DNA of 21,405 nucleotides from Candidatus Micrarchaeia archaeon (GTDB lineage Archaea; Micrarchaeota; Micrarchaeia; Burarchaeales; JACRGF01): NCBI GenBank assembly GCA_038870455.1, contig JAWCPB010000020.1, positions 1 to 21,405 of the forward strand, read 5' to 3'. Shown piece by piece: positions 20,268 to 21,405 of this stretch (position 1 is its first letter; each line of letters starts with the position of its first letter). The notes under the pieces were generated by a model. It saw only the letters and a program-made list of their open reading frames with translations, ran no database searches and was not told where the DNA came from. The position numbers and the translations under genes were made by a program.

Positions 20268-20275
20268 GCAGCCAC

Positions 20276-20515
20276 CTACGCTTTCACGACAACACGGTAG
20301 TAGAAGTTCTTTCCCGTCTCGTCCACTCGCGTTATCCTGAGCACATCGCCTTCCTTCGCGCCTATGGCCTTGGCCACAGGGTCGTCGGCGCTTATTTTCG
20401 GCAGCGCGCTCTTGGGCACGCTGAATTCTGCCAGAAGGCGTTCTTCCTCTGATTTAGTGAGAATCTCGTGTTTCGGAACAAGAGAATGGTCTAGAATGCT
20501 GGGTTCCTCAGGCAA
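20276..20515 (-). CDS. rpoH: RNA polymerase subunit H (Rpo5)
   Basis: HSLVPKHEIL, LPKISADDPV, GDVLRITR, YYRVV. TTG start after GGTGG. Confidence 0.97.
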   Translation of the reverse strand: MPEEPSILDHSLVPKHEILTKSEEERLLAEFSVPKSALPKISADDPVAKAIGAKEGDVLRITRVDETGKNFYYRVVVKA

Positions 20516-20568
20516 AAGACCACCGGGCGCAGGGGAAGGACTTCGTGAAAAGTTTTTTTGAAAAAGAA

Positions 20569-20643
20569 ATTATATAATACTTCCGCTAGCCCAACGCCTT
20601 TGGAAAACAGACGGCTGGTTAAACAACAGGCAGGTATATAATG
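20569..20643. promoter_or_regulatory. Candidate promoter(s) of the rpo/ribosomal superoperon: ATTATATAAT (20569-20578) and TATATAA (20635-20641)
   Basis: TATA-like AT islands upstream of rpoH in the largest intergenic region. Confidence 0.55.
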
Positions 20644-20761
20644 ATTTTGTTTTCTGGCACTCTGGAGAAAAAACGCGGGCGCGTCCGTTTACTCGCTTGC
20701 AAAAGCGTTTAATGGAAAAGACAAAGCGTCAATCGAGCGCAGCTATTGAACAGCCTCGGTC

Positions 20762-21405
20762 TCAGCGCTTTCTTGCAACTGCAAAGAACAGCGTTTCCAC
20801 AGCCGCCACGAGCACTCCCACGAATGGGAAGGAGAAGAGGCCGATGAGGAGCGGGGCGAGTGCGAGCGCGAGCGGCACGAGGCGCATCTTCTCACTCCTC
20901 GCCATAAAGGCAGCCGCTGCGCTCAGCACGATCAGCAGGAGCCACATTCCGTTGCAGAGTTCGAAGCAGCCTGCGAAAGTGCATGCGCTTACAAGGCCGG
21001 CGCAGCCGCTTCCCGGCTGGAAGACATTCTGCAGGGCTCCCACGCTGCTTACGAGGATTGCCCTGGGCGCGGAAACGCATTCCCCTCTCACGCAGTATCC
21101 CGTGCAGCACTCGAGCGTTGCCCTGCATCCCGTCATCCTGCACTCGCACTTGTTTCCAATGCACTTGCCTCCGCAGCAGTCCGCGTCGGAAGCGCAGTAC
21201 GCGCCGATTTCGCAGGGTGGCAGCGGTGGCGTTATGTTGATGGACGGCGGCAGCGTGATGTTCGCCGGCTTTTCAAGCGCCTGCATTCCCAGTTCCCTCA
21301 GGCAGGCCGCATCACCCGCCCTGCAGAAGCATTTCCCTACTTGGGCATTGCAGTAGCCGAATGCGCAGTCATTCTGCACTGCGCAGCTCACGCACCTGCC
21401 CGACT
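20762..21405 (-). CDS. Cys-rich repeat protein with C-terminal transmembrane helices, 5'-partial
   Basis: Frame is open to the window edge (...SGRCVSCAVQNDC...). Repeated C-x-C-x-CC-x-C-x-C modules, Pro-rich linker, hydrophobic tail ending ARKR. Confidence 0.85.
   Translation of the reverse strand, partial: SGRCVSCAVQNDCAFGYCNAQVGKCFCRAGDAACLRELGMQALEKPANITLPPSINITPPLPPCEIGAYCASDADCCGGKCIGNKCECRMTGCRATLECCTGYCVRGECVSAPRAILVSSVGALQNVFQPGSGCAGLVSACTFAGCFELCNGMWLLLIVLSAAAAFMARSEKMRLVPLALALAPLLIGLFSFPFVGVLVAAVETLFFAVARKR

Noticed and set aside
20697-21356. 219-aa plus-strand ORF
   Set aside because: Antisense shadow of the Cys-rich membrane protein.

Overview
Archaeal chromosomal fragment, most consistent with a DPANN lineage such as Micrarchaeota (inferred from divergent uS12 and RNAP signatures and tight gene packing; not checked by search). 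The right half (9430-20515, minus strand) is the conserved superoperon rpoH-rpoB''-rpoB'-rpoA'-rpoA''-rpl30e-nusA-rps12-rps7-EF-2. It stops at EF-2 with no EF-1alpha or S10 after it, and meets a convergent two-gene module resembling the mycobacterial MenA1/MenT1 tRNA-nucleotidyltransferase toxin-antitoxin. The left half is accessory: orphan ORFs, a protein with a pre-toxin-like hydrophobic core divergent from a TPR protein, a DEDD-type exonuclease, an internally duplicated TM/zinc-ribbon protein, a coiled-coil membrane protein, AMMECR1, an HhH protein, nitroreductase and Fhs. A partial Cys-rich membrane-anchored protein lies at the right edge. Notable points are rewritten decoding-centre loops in uS12 (PNSA to PHSG, GD(I/L)PG to GSIPG), altered RNAP bridge helix and trigger helix with a short A'' N-terminus, and divergent gene pairs sharing one palindromic TATA box. 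No rRNA, tRNA, CRISPR array or IS element was seen.
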